A DNA stretch of 64,000 nucleotides from Catenuloplanes sp. NPDC051500 (GTDB lineage Bacteria > Actinomycetota > Actinomycetes > Mycobacteriales > Micromonosporaceae). The stretch lies in NCBI RefSeq assembly GCF_044454585.1, contig NZ_JBITDX010000004.1, positions 240,766-304,765 on the forward strand. Reading direction: 5' to 3'. Below the pieces are notes generated by a model. It had not been told where the DNA came from and made no database searches. It saw only the letters and a program-made list of their open reading frames with translations. This document shows, one piece after another, positions 1 to 11,842 of the stretch (positions are counted from its first letter, which is position 1; each line of letters starts with the position of its first letter). Made by a program: the position numbers and the translations under genes.

Positions 1-395
1 TGGTTGAGCACGGAGAGGATCAGCGTCTCCAGGATCACGCACTCGGCGAACGTGCCGGACACGGTCAGGATCGGCGACGTGGGGAAGAACAGCTCGCCCT
101 CGGCGTACCCGTCGATGTCGCCCTTGAACTCGTAGTTCGCAAGCCACTCGGCGGTCAGGTCGTCGACGACCCCGGTGCGGCGCAGGAACGCGATGTCGTC
201 TGCGGAGAACCGGAACGCTTTGATCAACTCGATCAGGCGGGTGGTGCCCGCGACGACGCCGTAGCGGCGGCCGGTGGGTAACCGCCTCGCGAAGACCTCG
301 AAGACGCACCTGCGGTCGGCGGTGCCGTCGCGGAGCGCCGCGCTGATCATCGTCAGCTCGTAGTGGTCGGTCAGCAGCGAGGTGGTAGCAGTCAC
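1..395 (-). CDS. pncB: nicotinate phosphoribosyltransferase, N-terminal part (5' end of the gene; the rest runs off the window)
   Basis: The reverse-complement translation begins VTATTSLLTDHYELTMISAALRDGTADRRCVFEVFARRLPTGRRYGVVAGTTRLIELI, a strong match to the actinobacterial NAPRTase N-terminus. GTG start at 395. The ORF track missed it because it is truncated. Confidence 0.8.
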   Translation of the reverse strand, partial: MTATTSLLTDHYELTMISAALRDGTADRRCVFEVFARRLPTGRRYGVVAGTTRLIELIKAFRFSADDIAFLRRTGVVDDLTAEWLANYEFKGDIDGYAEGELFFPTSPILTVSGTFAECVILETLILSVLN

Positions 396-445
396 GGATG
401 CAGCCTATGCGATGAAACGCTGGTTAGCGCTGTGAGGAGTCTAAC

Positions 446-3121
446 TCAATCTGAGATTGATCGGAGCGCGTGCGGCAACTCCACCCGGCCGCTCACGCCG
501 AGCTTCACGTAGACGCGCTGCAGATGGTTCTCCACCGTGCGGGCGGAGAGAAACAGCTGCTCAGCGATCTCCCGGCTCGGCGTGCCCATCGCGGCCAACT
601 CCGCGACCTGGCGTTCCCGCTCGGTCAGCCGCACCCGGTCGACCCGCAGCGCCGGCGTGTCGATCAGCTGGCAGCGCGCCTTCAGTTCGGTCAGCTTCGT
701 GTTGATCAACTGGGTCTGCGGCGAACGCTGATCGCGCAGCAGCCGGAGCGCGGTCGCGGTCGCCTCCGCCGCGTACAGCAGGAAGTCCTGCCTGGCGAAC
801 TGGTCGGCGACCCAGAGCAGCTCCGCGACCGACTCACCGGCCGCGGCCTTCGCGTGCCGGGAGATCAGCGACGGCATCGGGCCGTCGACCTGCCGGGCCA
901 ACTCCGCAAGCCGTTCCGCGACAGTGCTCAGCCCGCCGTCCGGCAGCGACAGCGGCAGCGCCGGGAAACCGAACCGCACCAGGTCGTGAAGCGCGTACAC
1001 CTCGTGCCCGGCCATCCTGTCCCGGCGCAGCCGCTCCGCAAGCTCCCGCAGCGTGCCCACCGCGCCGGCCAGGTCGCCGCCGGCCGCGTGCGTCCAGGCC
1101 CGCGCCTGTTCCCGCCACGGATACAAGACGATCAAATTCGTGCCGTGGGTACGGTCGGAGTCCGCCATCGCCTCGGCCGCGAGCACGGCCTCGCCCCGCA
1201 GGGCCGCGGCCATCGCGCGTTCCGCATGGGCCAGACCGGCGAAGACCTTGCTTGCCGCGAGCATCGCGCACGCCTGCAGGCTGTGCCGGAGCGCGTCGCC
1301 GGTCCGCCCACGCAGCCGCGCCGCCTGGGCGCGCAGCACCGACACGTAGCCGGAGCCGAGCCGGAACTCGCCCGCGTCCGCCAGGTCGGCGAACTCGTCC
1401 GCGACGATCTCGTCGATGCTGCGCAGGTCGCCGCCGAGCACCAGGCGGGTGCCCCGGCCCAGCTCCATCGCGACCTTGATGTACGGCATCTCGGTCTGCC
1501 ACGCGGCCAGGTCGGCAAGCACCCGGGACGCGGCCCGGTCGCTGTCGGCCAGCTCGCCGCGGGCGGCCCGCAGGTGGGTGAGCATGCTGTAGACAAGTGC
1601 GCGGCTGATCCCGTCCGTGGCCGGGCGGTCAAGAACGGCGCGGCCGATGTTAAGCGCGTCCTCGTGCTCCATCTGGTGGAAACGCATCATCGACTCGAAC
1701 GCGCGCAGCCGGGACCTGTGGTTCGGGTTCTCCAGTCCGCCGACCGCCTCGGAGATCTCGGTGACGGTCTTCTCGTGGCTCAGGCCCCAGAAGCCGATCA
1801 GCGCGCGCGCCGAGTACCAGCGCGTCTTCCGCTCCTCGTTGTCCGCCTCGTGCTGCACGGACTCGATCACCTGCTGCGCGTCGTCCGGCTGGTCCGCGAA
1901 CATCAGCAGCGTGGCAAGCAGCTCCGCGGCCGGGAAGCCGCCGCCCGCGTCCACCGAGGCCTTGGCCAGGCGCAGCGCGAGCGGCACGTCGAACCGGCTG
2001 TACGCCTGCATACCCGCGTTGAGCAGCAGCTGGGGATCCTTCGCGGTGCCGGAGTCGATCCGCCACACCGCGACCCGCAGCAGGTCGTCGCGGCGGCGGG
2101 CGCCGACACCCTCGACCGCGTCCGCGAGCTGCGCGGTGAGCCGGCGGCTGCGGCTGACCGGGCAGCGGCGCCGGACCACCTCCCCGTAGAGCGGATGGGC
2201 CAGCCGCACGTTGTGCCGCCGGTCGTCGGAGGTGACCCGGATCAGGCCGCGCTCCTCGGCGATCTCCACCTCGGCGGGCCGCACTATCTTCGTCAGCAGG
2301 TCCAGGCCGAGCGGCTCGCCGAGCGCGACAAGTTCCACGGCGGTACGCACGTCCGGGCTGAGCCGGCCGATCCGGGTGTCGATCAGGTCGGTCAGGTCCG
2401 GCGCCAGTTCCAGCCGGCCGGTCCACCGCCACACGCCGAAGTGCTGGATCATCTCGTCGCCGGACTGTGCCGCGATCACCAGCTCACGCAGGAACAACGC
2501 GTTGCCCAGGCACATCCGCCACAACCGCTCCGCGGACGCGGACTCGACCTCGCCGCCGAGCATCTCGCCGAGGATGTGCGTGGTGTCCGCTATGGTCAGC
2601 GGCGACAGCTCCGCGTGATCCACCAGATCGTCAGTCCATAGTGCCCGAATGGGCAGGGGGACCGGCTCCCCGCTACGCAGCGTGCCGAGCACTGTGGCGT
2701 GACCGGACCGGGCGATCAGGTAGACAAGCGCGGCCGAGGTGGGATCGAGCAGGTGCGCGTCATCGATCGCGAGCACGATCGGGCGACCGGCCGCGCGTTC
2801 CACCAGGGAATCCATCGCCCAGCGGAGCAGCCCGGCAGGCGAGAGGCCAACCGGCTGGCTGGGCGGCAGGACCTGCGCGAGACCGCCGAACGGGAGCCCG
2901 GCGGTGGCGATGTTCGCTGACGCATACCACGTGGCGTAACCGTCTCCGGGTAGCACGTCGACGCCCTCGCGAAGAAGGCGGCTCTTGCCAATACCGGCGC
3001 TACCGCTGAAAATGAGGCCGCGTTCGCTTCCGCTGGTGGCGGCCACGACGAGGCGCTGCAACTCCTGGGTCCGGCCGACGAAGCTCCACGGACGCACCCG
3101 ACCAGCATATAGACCTGGCAT
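446..3121 (-). CDS. LAL-family (large ATP-binding LuxR) transcriptional regulator
   Basis: 891 aa. N-terminal Walker A (FSGSAGIGKSRLL), Walker B-like LAIDDAHLLD, and a C-terminal LuxR HTH (LTERERQVAELAAMGTPSREIAEQLFLSARTVENHLQRVYVKLGV). Confidence 0.85.
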   Translation of the reverse strand: MPGLYAGRVRPWSFVGRTQELQRLVVAATSGSERGLIFSGSAGIGKSRLLREGVDVLPGDGYATWYASANIATAGLPFGGLAQVLPPSQPVGLSPAGLLRWAMDSLVERAAGRPIVLAIDDAHLLDPTSAALVYLIARSGHATVLGTLRSGEPVPLPIRALWTDDLVDHAELSPLTIADTTHILGEMLGGEVESASAERLWRMCLGNALFLRELVIAAQSGDEMIQHFGVWRWTGRLELAPDLTDLIDTRIGRLSPDVRTAVELVALGEPLGLDLLTKIVRPAEVEIAEERGLIRVTSDDRRHNVRLAHPLYGEVVRRRCPVSRSRRLTAQLADAVEGVGARRRDDLLRVAVWRIDSGTAKDPQLLLNAGMQAYSRFDVPLALRLAKASVDAGGGFPAAELLATLLMFADQPDDAQQVIESVQHEADNEERKTRWYSARALIGFWGLSHEKTVTEISEAVGGLENPNHRSRLRAFESMMRFHQMEHEDALNIGRAVLDRPATDGISRALVYSMLTHLRAARGELADSDRAASRVLADLAAWQTEMPYIKVAMELGRGTRLVLGGDLRSIDEIVADEFADLADAGEFRLGSGYVSVLRAQAARLRGRTGDALRHSLQACAMLAASKVFAGLAHAERAMAAALRGEAVLAAEAMADSDRTHGTNLIVLYPWREQARAWTHAAGGDLAGAVGTLRELAERLRRDRMAGHEVYALHDLVRFGFPALPLSLPDGGLSTVAERLAELARQVDGPMPSLISRHAKAAAGESVAELLWVADQFARQDFLLYAAEATATALRLLRDQRSPQTQLINTKLTELKARCQLIDTPALRVDRVRLTERERQVAELAAMGTPSREIAEQLFLSARTVENHLQRVYVKLGVSGRVELPHALRSISD

Positions 3122-3285
3122 CGCTCCGCACAGTTACCGTAATGGCGGAATTGAGTAATGATCCACGAGTCCATTGAGTACCGCAGCATCTGTGGCGTGA
3201 GCGCGCCTTCACGTAGCGTCTTTCATGCCGTGCGGCTCGCCCTGCCCCGGTTTGAATCTCCGCACATCCGTTGAGGAGCCGCACC

Positions 3286-4803
3286 ATGCAGCAGAGCGGG
3301 CCCACTCAAGTGCCCCACACCGCGCCGGCCCACAGCGCGCCGGCCCACAGCGCGCCGGCCCACAGCTCGGCCCCGGCGCCGAAGCAGCGGAAGCCGGCAC
3401 GCGCCCGGCCCGCCCACGCGGACCCGGTCCCGGACGAGGCGATCGCCCTCATGATCGTCGGCGCGAAGGGCAGCGGCCGGGACGGTGTGCTCGGCGCGCT
3501 CCTCGACGCACCCGGCCCGCTCCTCGACCGGCCCGGCGACAGCTACCTGGTCGTCACGTACGGGCACAGTCGCGACGTGTGCGCCTACGTGCCCGGCAAC
3601 CGCCAGCCGCAGCCGTTCACCCCGGCGCCGCCCGGCGAGGAGTCCGGCGCCCGCCCGCCGCGCCGCATCGAGCTGACGCTGCCCAACCCGCTGCTGCGCC
3701 ACTTCGCGCTCGTCGACACGCCGGACGCGGAGCGCCTCTCCGCCGCCGGCACCCGGATCCTGCTCGACGCCGCCACCCGCGGCGGCGCGGTCCTCTACGT
3801 CGTCTCCGCCGATCACCTGCTGGAGCCGGCCGAGGCCACGCTCCTCGCCGAGCTGCACAAGGCCGGCGTCCACCTGTTCTTCGCGCTCACCCCGGCCGTG
3901 GACGGCGCCTGGGGCGACGGCACCGTCGAGACCGCGATCAGCGACGCGCGCGATGCCGTGATCGCCGCGGTCCCGTCCGCCGTGGACGCGAGCTGGCACA
4001 CGGTCGACCCGGCCATGGGCGACACCGCCTTCCTGCGCCGCGCGCTGAGCGAGTGGTCCGGGCTGGAGGCGCTGGAGCGGGCCAGCATCAACCCGCCGGT
4101 GCCGCCCGGCGCGGGACGCACCGTGCGGATCGCCTCGGACGCGCACCGTTCCGGCTGGGCGGAGCGCCTGGAGGAGATGACCCGTACCAGCGCGCAACTG
4201 ATCCGGCAGCGGCTTGCCATCGAGGTCGCCAACATCCACCTGCGCTGCGTGCAGGAGATCGTGTTCGGCGACGGCTGCGCCGGGCTCCCCGGCGCGCTGG
4301 ACCGGGAGATGCACGCGCTGTCGCTCGCCGCGGTCACGGAGTGCGACGCCGCGGCCGAGAAGATCATCGACGACCTGCTGGAGCTGGTGCTCGACGAGCC
4401 GGCCACCGAGGCGGCCCGCCGCCGGGTGATCGCGGCCGTCCGGGACGGGTTCGCCGACGACCGGGCCGCCCGTGATCTCGAACGGGTGCTGCTGGTGACG
4501 AACACCGGCGGCGTGGCGACAGTGGCAGGCGAGGGCGCGGTGACCGCTCTGACGGCGTACCACACGCCCGGAATTCCGCGCCCGCTTCCGGGGCTCGGCA
4601 TCGGGCTGTCCGGCGCCTGCTACACGTACTGGCGGCATCCGGCGAACCGGGACAACAACCGGGCCCGCTCCTGGCTGCAGCTGGCCATCCGCGGCGTCGA
4701 GCTGGAGTTGCTGCGGGAGATCTCCCGCCGGTTCGAGGCTGTGCAGCGCTCGCTGGGCGGCGTGCTTACCGACGCGGTCGACCACGGCATTCTGCTGAGT
4801 TGA
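3286..4803 (+). CDS. hypothetical protein, possibly a degenerate dynamin/IniA-like GTPase-fold protein with an N-terminal APAHS tandem repeat
   Basis: GGAGG lies 8 nt upstream of ATG 3286. P-loop-like [18 protein letters not shown] and a G3-like LVDTPD are present but degenerate (no GK[ST]). Amino-acid composition looks like real protein, unlike the overlapping Arg-rich antisense ORF. Confidence 0.5.
   Translation: MQQSGPTQVPHTAPAHSAPAHSAPAHSSAPAPKQRKPARARPAHADPVPDEAIALMIVGAKGSGRDGVLGALLDAPGPLLDRPGDSYLVVTYGHSRDVCAYVPGNRQPQPFTPAPPGEESGARPPRRIELTLPNPLLRHFALVDTPDAERLSAAGTRILLDAATRGGAVLYVVSADHLLEPAEATLLAELHKAGVHLFFALTPAVDGAWGDGTVETAISDARDAVIAAVPSAVDASWHTVDPAMGDTAFLRRALSEWSGLEALERASINPPVPPGAGRTVRIASDAHRSGWAERLEEMTRTSAQLIRQRLAIEVANIHLRCVQEIVFGDGCAGLPGALDREMHALSLAAVTECDAAAEKIIDDLLELVLDEPATEAARRRVIAAVRDGFADDRAARDLERVLLVTNTGGVATVAGEGAVTALTAYHTPGIPRPLPGLGIGLSGACYTYWRHPANRDNNRARSWLQLAIRGVELELLREISRRFEAVQRSLGGVLTDAVDHGILLS
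3321..3365 (+). repeat. 3 x 15-bp perfect tandem repeat (cgcgccggcccacag) encoding (APAHS)3 inside the CDS
   Basis: Seen directly in the sequence. Confidence 0.9.
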
Positions 4804-4859
4804 GCGCTCGTCGTTCGGTCGGTTCCTCACCACAGCGGACTCGGTGGCACGATGGGGAC

Positions 4860-5150
4860 ATGGCGGCGCCGCAGATCGCACCGGAGAAGACGCCAGACAT
4901 CGAAGAACTCCCGGCCGAGGACCGTCCGTGGGTCACGATCGTCTGGGACGACCCGGTCAATCTCATGACGTATGTGACATGGGTTTTCCAGAAGCTGTTC
5001 GGATACAGCAGGGAGAAGGCCGAGGAGTTGATGCTGGCGGTCCACCACAAGGGCAGGGCCGTCGTGTCCACCGGCACGCGCGAGCGCATGGAGCACGACG
5101 CCTCCCAGCTGCATGCCTATGGTTTGTGGGCGACGGTGGACCGGCAGTGA
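4860..5150 (+). CDS. clpS: ATP-dependent Clp protease adaptor ClpS
   Basis: [47 protein letters not shown] is the ClpS core. The internal ATG at 4860 is preferred over the TTG at 4800. Confidence 0.85.
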   Translation: MAAPQIAPEKTPDIEELPAEDRPWVTIVWDDPVNLMTYVTWVFQKLFGYSREKAEELMLAVHHKGRAVVSTGTRERMEHDASQLHAYGLWATVDRQ

Positions 5151-5259
5151 GCAATTTTCAACCTGGCGAGCGGGCCGACGCCACGGAGGAGTCCACCGGG
5201 CGGGCGCGCACGAGTCGGGACCGCGTTGAAAAAGGCTCAGTGACGGGGGGAGACCGATA

Positions 5260-5757
5260 ATGTTCCGGCGCCAGGGGCCGCATTGCGTGGCCAGCTTCGC
5301 CCAGGACGAGGTGCGCGTGCTGCGCAAGGTCGCGGGCGAGGTCGTGGGCCTGCTCACGGACGGCTTCGACCACGACGACCCGGTTGTCGACCGGCTCTTT
5401 CCGGCGATCTACCCGGACGAGCCGGCCGAGAGCGAGGAGGTCCGCCGCTACACCGAGGGCGACCTGAAGACCGCGAAGATCGACCAGGCCGGCGCGATCC
5501 TCGCCGGGCTGCCCTCCGAGGGCTCGGGCGACGTGGCGCTCGACGCGGAGGAGGCCGAGGCCTGGCTGCGCGCGATCAACGACGCGCGGCTGGCGATGGG
5601 CATCCGGCTGGAGATCACCGGCGACACCGACCTGGGCGAGGAGCTGGACGACGCGGTCCTGCACGACCCCACGTCCACCCGGGTCTTCCAGCTGTCGGTC
5701 TACGCCTATCTGGGCTACCTGCAGGAGTCGCTCCTGCACGCGCTCATCGACGGGTGA
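5260..5757 (+). CDS. conserved actinobacterial protein (DUF2017-like) that follows clpS
   Basis: 165 aa, acidic. Its position after clpS and before mec/cysO/cysM matches the Mtb Rv1331-Rv1336 neighbourhood. Confidence 0.6.
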   Translation: MFRRQGPHCVASFAQDEVRVLRKVAGEVVGLLTDGFDHDDPVVDRLFPAIYPDEPAESEEVRRYTEGDLKTAKIDQAGAILAGLPSEGSGDVALDAEEAEAWLRAINDARLAMGIRLEITGDTDLGEELDDAVLHDPTSTRVFQLSVYAYLGYLQESLLHALIDG

Positions 5758-5800
5758 CGGCCGCCACGGGCCCGTACCGGGGCGCTCACAGCGAGGTAAA

Positions 5801-6256
5801 GTGGCCGTCGTGCTGACCATTGACCGGGCGATCCTCGATGCGATCGTCGCGCACGCCCGCCGGGACCACCCGGACGAGGCGTGTGGCGTCGTCTCCGGCC
5901 CGGCCGGCAGCGACCGGCCCACCCGGCACATCCCGATGGACAACGCGGCCCGGTCGATGACGTTCTACGAGTTCGACTCGATGGAGCAGCTGCGTGTCTG
6001 GCGCGAGATGGACGACCGCGACGAGGAGCCGGTGGTCATCTACCACTCGCACACCGCCACTGAGGCGTTCCCGTCCCGCACCGACATCTCCTTCGCCGGC
6101 GAGCCCGGGGCACACTACCTGCTGGTCTCCACCCGAGAGCCGGAGTCGGAGGAGATCCGCTCGTTCCGCATCGTGGACGGTCAGGTCACCGAGGAGCCGG
6201 TCGAGGTGCGGGATGGCACCATTGAGCCCATGGAGCTGTTGCCCCATGGTGCCTGA
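5801..6256 (+). CDS. mec: JAMM/MPN+ metalloprotease Mec (CysO-cysteine peptidase)
   Basis: JAMM motif HSHTATEAFPSRTD (HxHx7Sx2D) with an upstream E. GTG start preceded by GAGG. Adjacent to cysO and cysM. Confidence 0.85.
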   Translation: MAVVLTIDRAILDAIVAHARRDHPDEACGVVSGPAGSDRPTRHIPMDNAARSMTFYEFDSMEQLRVWREMDDRDEEPVVIYHSHTATEAFPSRTDISFAGEPGAHYLLVSTREPESEEIRSFRIVDGQVTEEPVEVRDGTIEPMELLPHGA

Positions 6257-6349
6257 TCCCCACGCGGTCCAGTCGTACATGTTCGGCCAGAGTCCGACGA
6301 CGGTCGATTACGAGTGTCGGCGCTGATCCCACGCGCCCGCACGTCGTAA

Positions 6350-7717
<1,368 letters not shown>

Positions 7718-7895
7718 CCTGCAACGACGTGAACCGCCGGGCGGCGGAGGTCCTCAGCCACCGCCCGGCGACGCGCACCACTTCATGTTCGAGGGCTTCG
7801 ACGTGGCCCCGTGTACCAGGTGTTCGGAGCGCGCGGTCGGCCGTGTGAGCCCCGCTGTCGCGCTGGGCGATGCCTTTGTGGAGCGCGTCTGACGG

Positions 7896-8258
7896 TCAGA
7901 TCGCCACCGCGGTCGCGGCCATCGCGGCCGACAGCGGGAACGTGGCCAGCGTGAGCATCAGCCACGGCAGGTGCCGCCTGTGGATCGAGGCGAACGCCCC
8001 GACCGTGAATGCGATCCCGGTCACACCGGTGCCCACGATGGCCGGCTCGTACCAGGAGGGTGCGGCACCGGCGAAGATGGCGGCCAGGCTGCGGATCGCT
8101 ACCGCGAGGCCGAGCACGCCGAGCGTTCCGGCCCAGCAGGACATGGCGAGCAGGCGGCGGGACGACGGCTCGGGGTCGGTCTCGGCAGGCATGCGGAAGG
8201 CCCGCCCGGTGACCGGCTCGCGGCGCTGAGCAGGAAGATCGGCCGTTTCCGTGAACAT
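7896..8258 (-). CDS. small integral membrane protein (about 3 TM helices), hypothetical
   Basis: Hydrophobic C-terminal two-thirds (LAMSCWAGTLGVLGLAVAIRSLAAIFAGAA...LMLTLATFPLSAAMAATAVAI). The start is uncertain (ATG at 8258 or 8192). Confidence 0.4.
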   Translation of the reverse strand: MFTETADLPAQRREPVTGRAFRMPAETDPEPSSRRLLAMSCWAGTLGVLGLAVAIRSLAAIFAGAAPSWYEPAIVGTGVTGIAFTVGAFASIHRRHLPWLMLTLATFPLSAAMAATAVAI

Positions 8259-8574
8259 CGGGAGCCAGCCGGTAGTGGGAGCGTCAGGCACGTGTCGTTC
8301 TCCGATCGCGGTAGGTGTGGTGGCCGTGCCGGGGGGAAACTCCTCACCCTGTGCAACGCCGCATGCGCACGGCGCGTAACGAGGGCGCGTGCGGGAGCGC
8401 GTTAAGCGGCTGTCGCAATCCGTTGTCACCTTCGTGACAAGTTCGATCAGACCTTTCTGTGCCGCACTGGTCACGGCGTAGGCTGCGCAGCGTGGTGGAT
8501 TCTCGGCGGGCGATCTCCGGCGAGGTCGGGTTCGGGTACTCATCGACAGCGCAGCGTGACAACGGGGTAGCAGA

Positions 8575-9321
8575 ATGCGATTGACCGTGCTTGGCTGTGC
8601 CGGCAGTTTCCCCGGTCCAGAATCGGCATGTTCCGCATATCTGCTCTCGGTCGACGGCTTCAATCTGCTGATCGACTTCGGCTCCGGCTCGATGAGCGCG
8701 CTGCAGCGCTACGCCGGCCTCCACTCGGTCAACGCCATCCTGATCAGCCACCTGCACTGCGACCACGTGCTTGACGCCTGCACCTACGTGGTGGCCCGGC
8801 GGTACGCGCCGGACGGCCCGCTGCCGCCGCTGCCGGTCTACGCGCCGGACGGCGCCCCGGACAGGATCGCGACCGCCTACAGCCTCGACGAGGGCCCGGT
8901 CGACGATGTCTACACGTTCTACAGCCTGCAGCCCGGCACGTTCCCGATCGGCCCGTTCTCGGTGACCGTCGACCGGGTCAACCACCCGATAGAGACCTAT
9001 GGGGTACGCGTCGAGCACGAGGGCCGGGTGCTTGCGTACTCGTCGGACACCGCGCCGTGCGACGCGCTGCTGCGGCTGGCCCAGGGCGCCGACGTGTTCC
9101 TCTGCGAGGCCAGCTACCTCGACGGCGTCGACAACCCGCCGGACCTGCACCTCACCGGCCGCGAGGCGGGCGAGATCGCGGACAAGGCGGGCGTCGGCCG
9201 CCTACTGCTGACCCACCTGGTCAATGCGTGGGGCAGCGAGGCGCTCACCGAGGAGGCCGCGAAGTCCGCGTTCAGCGGCGAGGTCGAGATCGTCAGGCCC
9301 GGCGCGCGGTACGACGTCTAG
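8575..9321 (+). CDS. MBL-fold metallo-hydrolase (Rv1339-like, cyclic-nucleotide phosphodiesterase family)
   Basis: HLHCDH metal motif and MRLTVLGCAGSFPGP at the N-terminus. Confidence 0.85.
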   Translation: MRLTVLGCAGSFPGPESACSAYLLSVDGFNLLIDFGSGSMSALQRYAGLHSVNAILISHLHCDHVLDACTYVVARRYAPDGPLPPLPVYAPDGAPDRIATAYSLDEGPVDDVYTFYSLQPGTFPIGPFSVTVDRVNHPIETYGVRVEHEGRVLAYSSDTAPCDALLRLAQGADVFLCEASYLDGVDNPPDLHLTGREAGEIADKAGVGRLLLTHLVNAWGSEALTEEAAKSAFSGEVEIVRPGARYDV

Positions 9322-9446
9322 CGCCTGGGGCAGTGAGCAGGGCGGCGACGCATCCATCGACCGCAATGGCGTTTCTTGCGTTACTGTTCGCCGTTTGGAC
9401 AGCCGGTCGTAGTCTGCCGCACCTCCCATGACCTCACGGTGAGCCC

Positions 9447-10592
9447 ATGCGTATCGCGATCATCACGGAGTCGTTCCTGCCGGACGTCAACGGCGTCGCG
9501 CACTCCGTCGTGCGCGTAGCGGAGCATCTCGTCAACCAGGGGCACGAGCCGCTCGTCATCGCGCCGACCCCCTCGATGAACAACCGCCGGATCATGCCCA
9601 GCACCGACTATCCGGTGGTCCGCATCCCGAGCTTCCCGATGCTCGGCTACAAGGAGGTCCGGCTCGGACTTCCGGTGCCGAGGATCGCCGAGGCGCTCGA
9701 CGCGCACCAGCCCGACGTGGTCCACCTGGCCAGCCCGTTCATCCTCGGCGGGCGCGGCTCAGTGCTCGCCGCCCAGCGCGGGCTGCCCACCGTCGCGGTG
9801 TACCAGACGGACGTGGCCGCCTACGCCCGCCACTACAAGCTGGGCTGGGGCGAGGCCACGGCCTGGAAGTGGCTCAGGCAGATCCACAACACCGCGGACC
9901 GTACGCTGGCGCCCTCCACCGCGTCCGCCGAGGCGCTCATCGCGCACGGCGTCTCCCGGGTGTGGCTCTGGCGGCGCGGCGTCGACGTCGAGCGGTTCCG
10001 CCCGGACCACCGCTCCGAGATCGTCCGGAACACGCTGGCGCCGAACGGTGAGCTGATCGTCGGGTACGTCGGCCGCCTCGCCGTCGAGAAGCGGGTCGAC
10101 CTGCTCGCGAGGACCAGCCGGCTGCCCGGCGTCAAAGTCGTCATCGTCGGTGACGGCCCGGCCCGCAAGGAGCTGGAGAAGGCGGTGCCGGAGGCGCTGT
10201 TCCTCGGCGCCCGGCACGGCGAGCAGCTCGCCCGGCTCTACGCCAGCATGGACGTGTTCGCGCACACCGGGCCGTACGAGACGTTCGGCCAGACCGTGCA
10301 GGAGGCCATGGCGTCCGGCCTGCCGGTAGTCGCGCCCGCGGTCGGCGGCCCGGTCGACCTGGTCAAGCCGGGGGTGACAGGCGTGCTTGTGCCCCCGTGC
10401 GACGAGTCCGCGCTTGCCGATGCGATAGCGGACCTGGTGGCCGACGACGAGCGGCGCGTCGAGTACGGTCGCGCCGCACGGGCCGCGGTGGCCCGCAGAA
10501 GCTGGGCGGCGATTGGCGACGAGCTCCTCGGGCATTACGCTGCCGTGGTCACCGGTCGCGGTGTGCCGGCGCCCGTGCGGCTGGCCGCCTGA
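9447..10592 (+). CDS. glycosyltransferase family 4 (GT-B fold)
   Basis: MRIAIITESFLPDVNGVAHSV... with a C-terminal EAMASGLPVVAP (E-x7-E region). Confidence 0.85.
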   Translation: MRIAIITESFLPDVNGVAHSVVRVAEHLVNQGHEPLVIAPTPSMNNRRIMPSTDYPVVRIPSFPMLGYKEVRLGLPVPRIAEALDAHQPDVVHLASPFILGGRGSVLAAQRGLPTVAVYQTDVAAYARHYKLGWGEATAWKWLRQIHNTADRTLAPSTASAEALIAHGVSRVWLWRRGVDVERFRPDHRSEIVRNTLAPNGELIVGYVGRLAVEKRVDLLARTSRLPGVKVVIVGDGPARKELEKAVPEALFLGARHGEQLARLYASMDVFAHTGPYETFGQTVQEAMASGLPVVAPAVGGPVDLVKPGVTGVLVPPCDESALADAIADLVADDERRVEYGRAARAAVARRSWAAIGDELLGHYAAVVTGRGVPAPVRLAA

Positions 10593-10674
10593 CCTCGTGT
10601 CCACACTGCACGTCCGCCCCGACCTGGAGGTTCACCCGGTGCCGATCCCCGGCCAGCGCGCGGCGTCGGAGCCG

Positions 10675-11832
10675 ATGTCTCCGCCGCCGAGCGGCCTGCG
10701 CATCGTCCGGCTCGCGAACTTCGTGATGTCCCGCTCCGGGGGCCTGCGCACCGCGTTGCGCAATCTCGGCGAGGGTTACGCGGACGCTGGCCACGAGCCG
10801 ATCCTGGTCGTGCCCGGCGCGAAGGCGGGGGAGGAGATGACCTCCTACGGGCGGGTCATCACCGTGCCCGGCACCATGGTGCCGCGGACCGGCGGCTACC
10901 GGCTCATGATCGGCCACCGGCGACTCAAGCGCGTGCTGGAGGAGCTGCGGCCGGACCGGCTTGAGGTGTCCGACCGCAGCACGCTGCGCTGGACCGGCGA
11001 CTGGGCGAAGGCGCACGGCGTACCCTCGATCATGGTTTCGCATGAGAGCCTGGCCGGCCTGCTGACCGTCTGGGGTGTGCCGTCCCGGGTCGGCGGGCGC
11101 GCGGCCGACCTGCTCAACGCGAAGACCGCCCGGCAGTTCGACACGATCGTGTGCACGACCGGGTGGGCCGCCGCCGAGTTCAAGCGGATCGGTACACCTA
11201 ACCTGCTCGAGGTCCCGCTCGGCGTGGACCTGGACGCCTTCACCCCCAAATACCACGATCCGGGGGTACGGGCGAGGTTCGCGCGCGACGACGAGGCGCT
11301 TCTCGTGCACTGCAGCCGCCTCTCCCCGGAGAAGCGGCCCGAGCTGGCAATCGACGCGCTCGCCAAGCTGCTTGCCTCAGGTGTGAAGGCGTCGCTTGTG
11401 GTGGTCGGCGACGGCCCGCGGCGCGCCGCGCTGGCCTACAAGGCGGCCCGCCTGCCGGTCCGGTTCGCCGGCTTCATCAACGACCGGGCCACCGTCGCCG
11501 GGCTGCTGGCCAGCGCGGATGTGGCGATAGCGCCCGGCCCGGTGGAGACGTTCGGCCTGGCCGCGCTTGAGGCGCTGGCCTGTGGCACGCCGGTCGTGGT
11601 CAACGCGGCAAGTGCGCTGCCCGAGGTGGTCGGCGACGCCGGCGTGGCGGTCGCGGGGACCGGTGAGGGCTTCGCTGACGGCGTCAAGGAGTTGCTGGAC
11701 CGCCCGGAGGCCGCGCGCCGGCTGGCCGCGCGGGCCCGCGCGGAGCGATTCGGCTGGCCGGCCGCCATCGACGGCTTCCTTCGCGCCCACAATGCTGCCA
11801 CCCGCGAGCAGACCGACAAGGCCAGCGCATAG
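10675..11832 (+). CDS. glycosyltransferase family 4, second paralogue
   Basis: [18 protein letters not shown]...[10 protein letters not shown] at the N-terminus and [12 protein letters not shown] near the C-terminus. The start is assigned to the internal ATG at 10675. Confidence 0.8.
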   Translation: MSPPPSGLRIVRLANFVMSRSGGLRTALRNLGEGYADAGHEPILVVPGAKAGEEMTSYGRVITVPGTMVPRTGGYRLMIGHRRLKRVLEELRPDRLEVSDRSTLRWTGDWAKAHGVPSIMVSHESLAGLLTVWGVPSRVGGRAADLLNAKTARQFDTIVCTTGWAAAEFKRIGTPNLLEVPLGVDLDAFTPKYHDPGVRARFARDDEALLVHCSRLSPEKRPELAIDALAKLLASGVKASLVVVGDGPRRAALAYKAARLPVRFAGFINDRATVAGLLASADVAIAPGPVETFGLAALEALACGTPVVVNAASALPEVVGDAGVAVAGTGEGFADGVKELLDRPEAARRLAARARAERFGWPAAIDGFLRAHNAATREQTDKASA

Positions 11833-11842
11833 GCTTTCGGCC

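Noticed and set aside
470-2641. 723-aa + strand ORF antisense to the LAL regulator (and nested Arg/Pro-rich ORFs 834-2432)
   Set aside because: Extreme Arg/Gly/Pro/Gln composition typical of out-of-frame reading in a 72% GC genome. The LAL regulator on the opposite strand has clear Walker and LuxR motifs.
3223-4881. 552-aa minus-strand ORF overlapping the dynamin-like gene
   Set aside because: Arg/Gly-rich low-complexity translation. The + strand frame gives the protein-like sequence and has an RBS.
7742-7773. Hairpin CCGGGCGGCGG...CCACCGCCCGG after cysM as an intrinsic terminator
   Set aside because: The stem is GC-rich but is not followed by a T-tract; at most it is a weak or rho-dependent signal.
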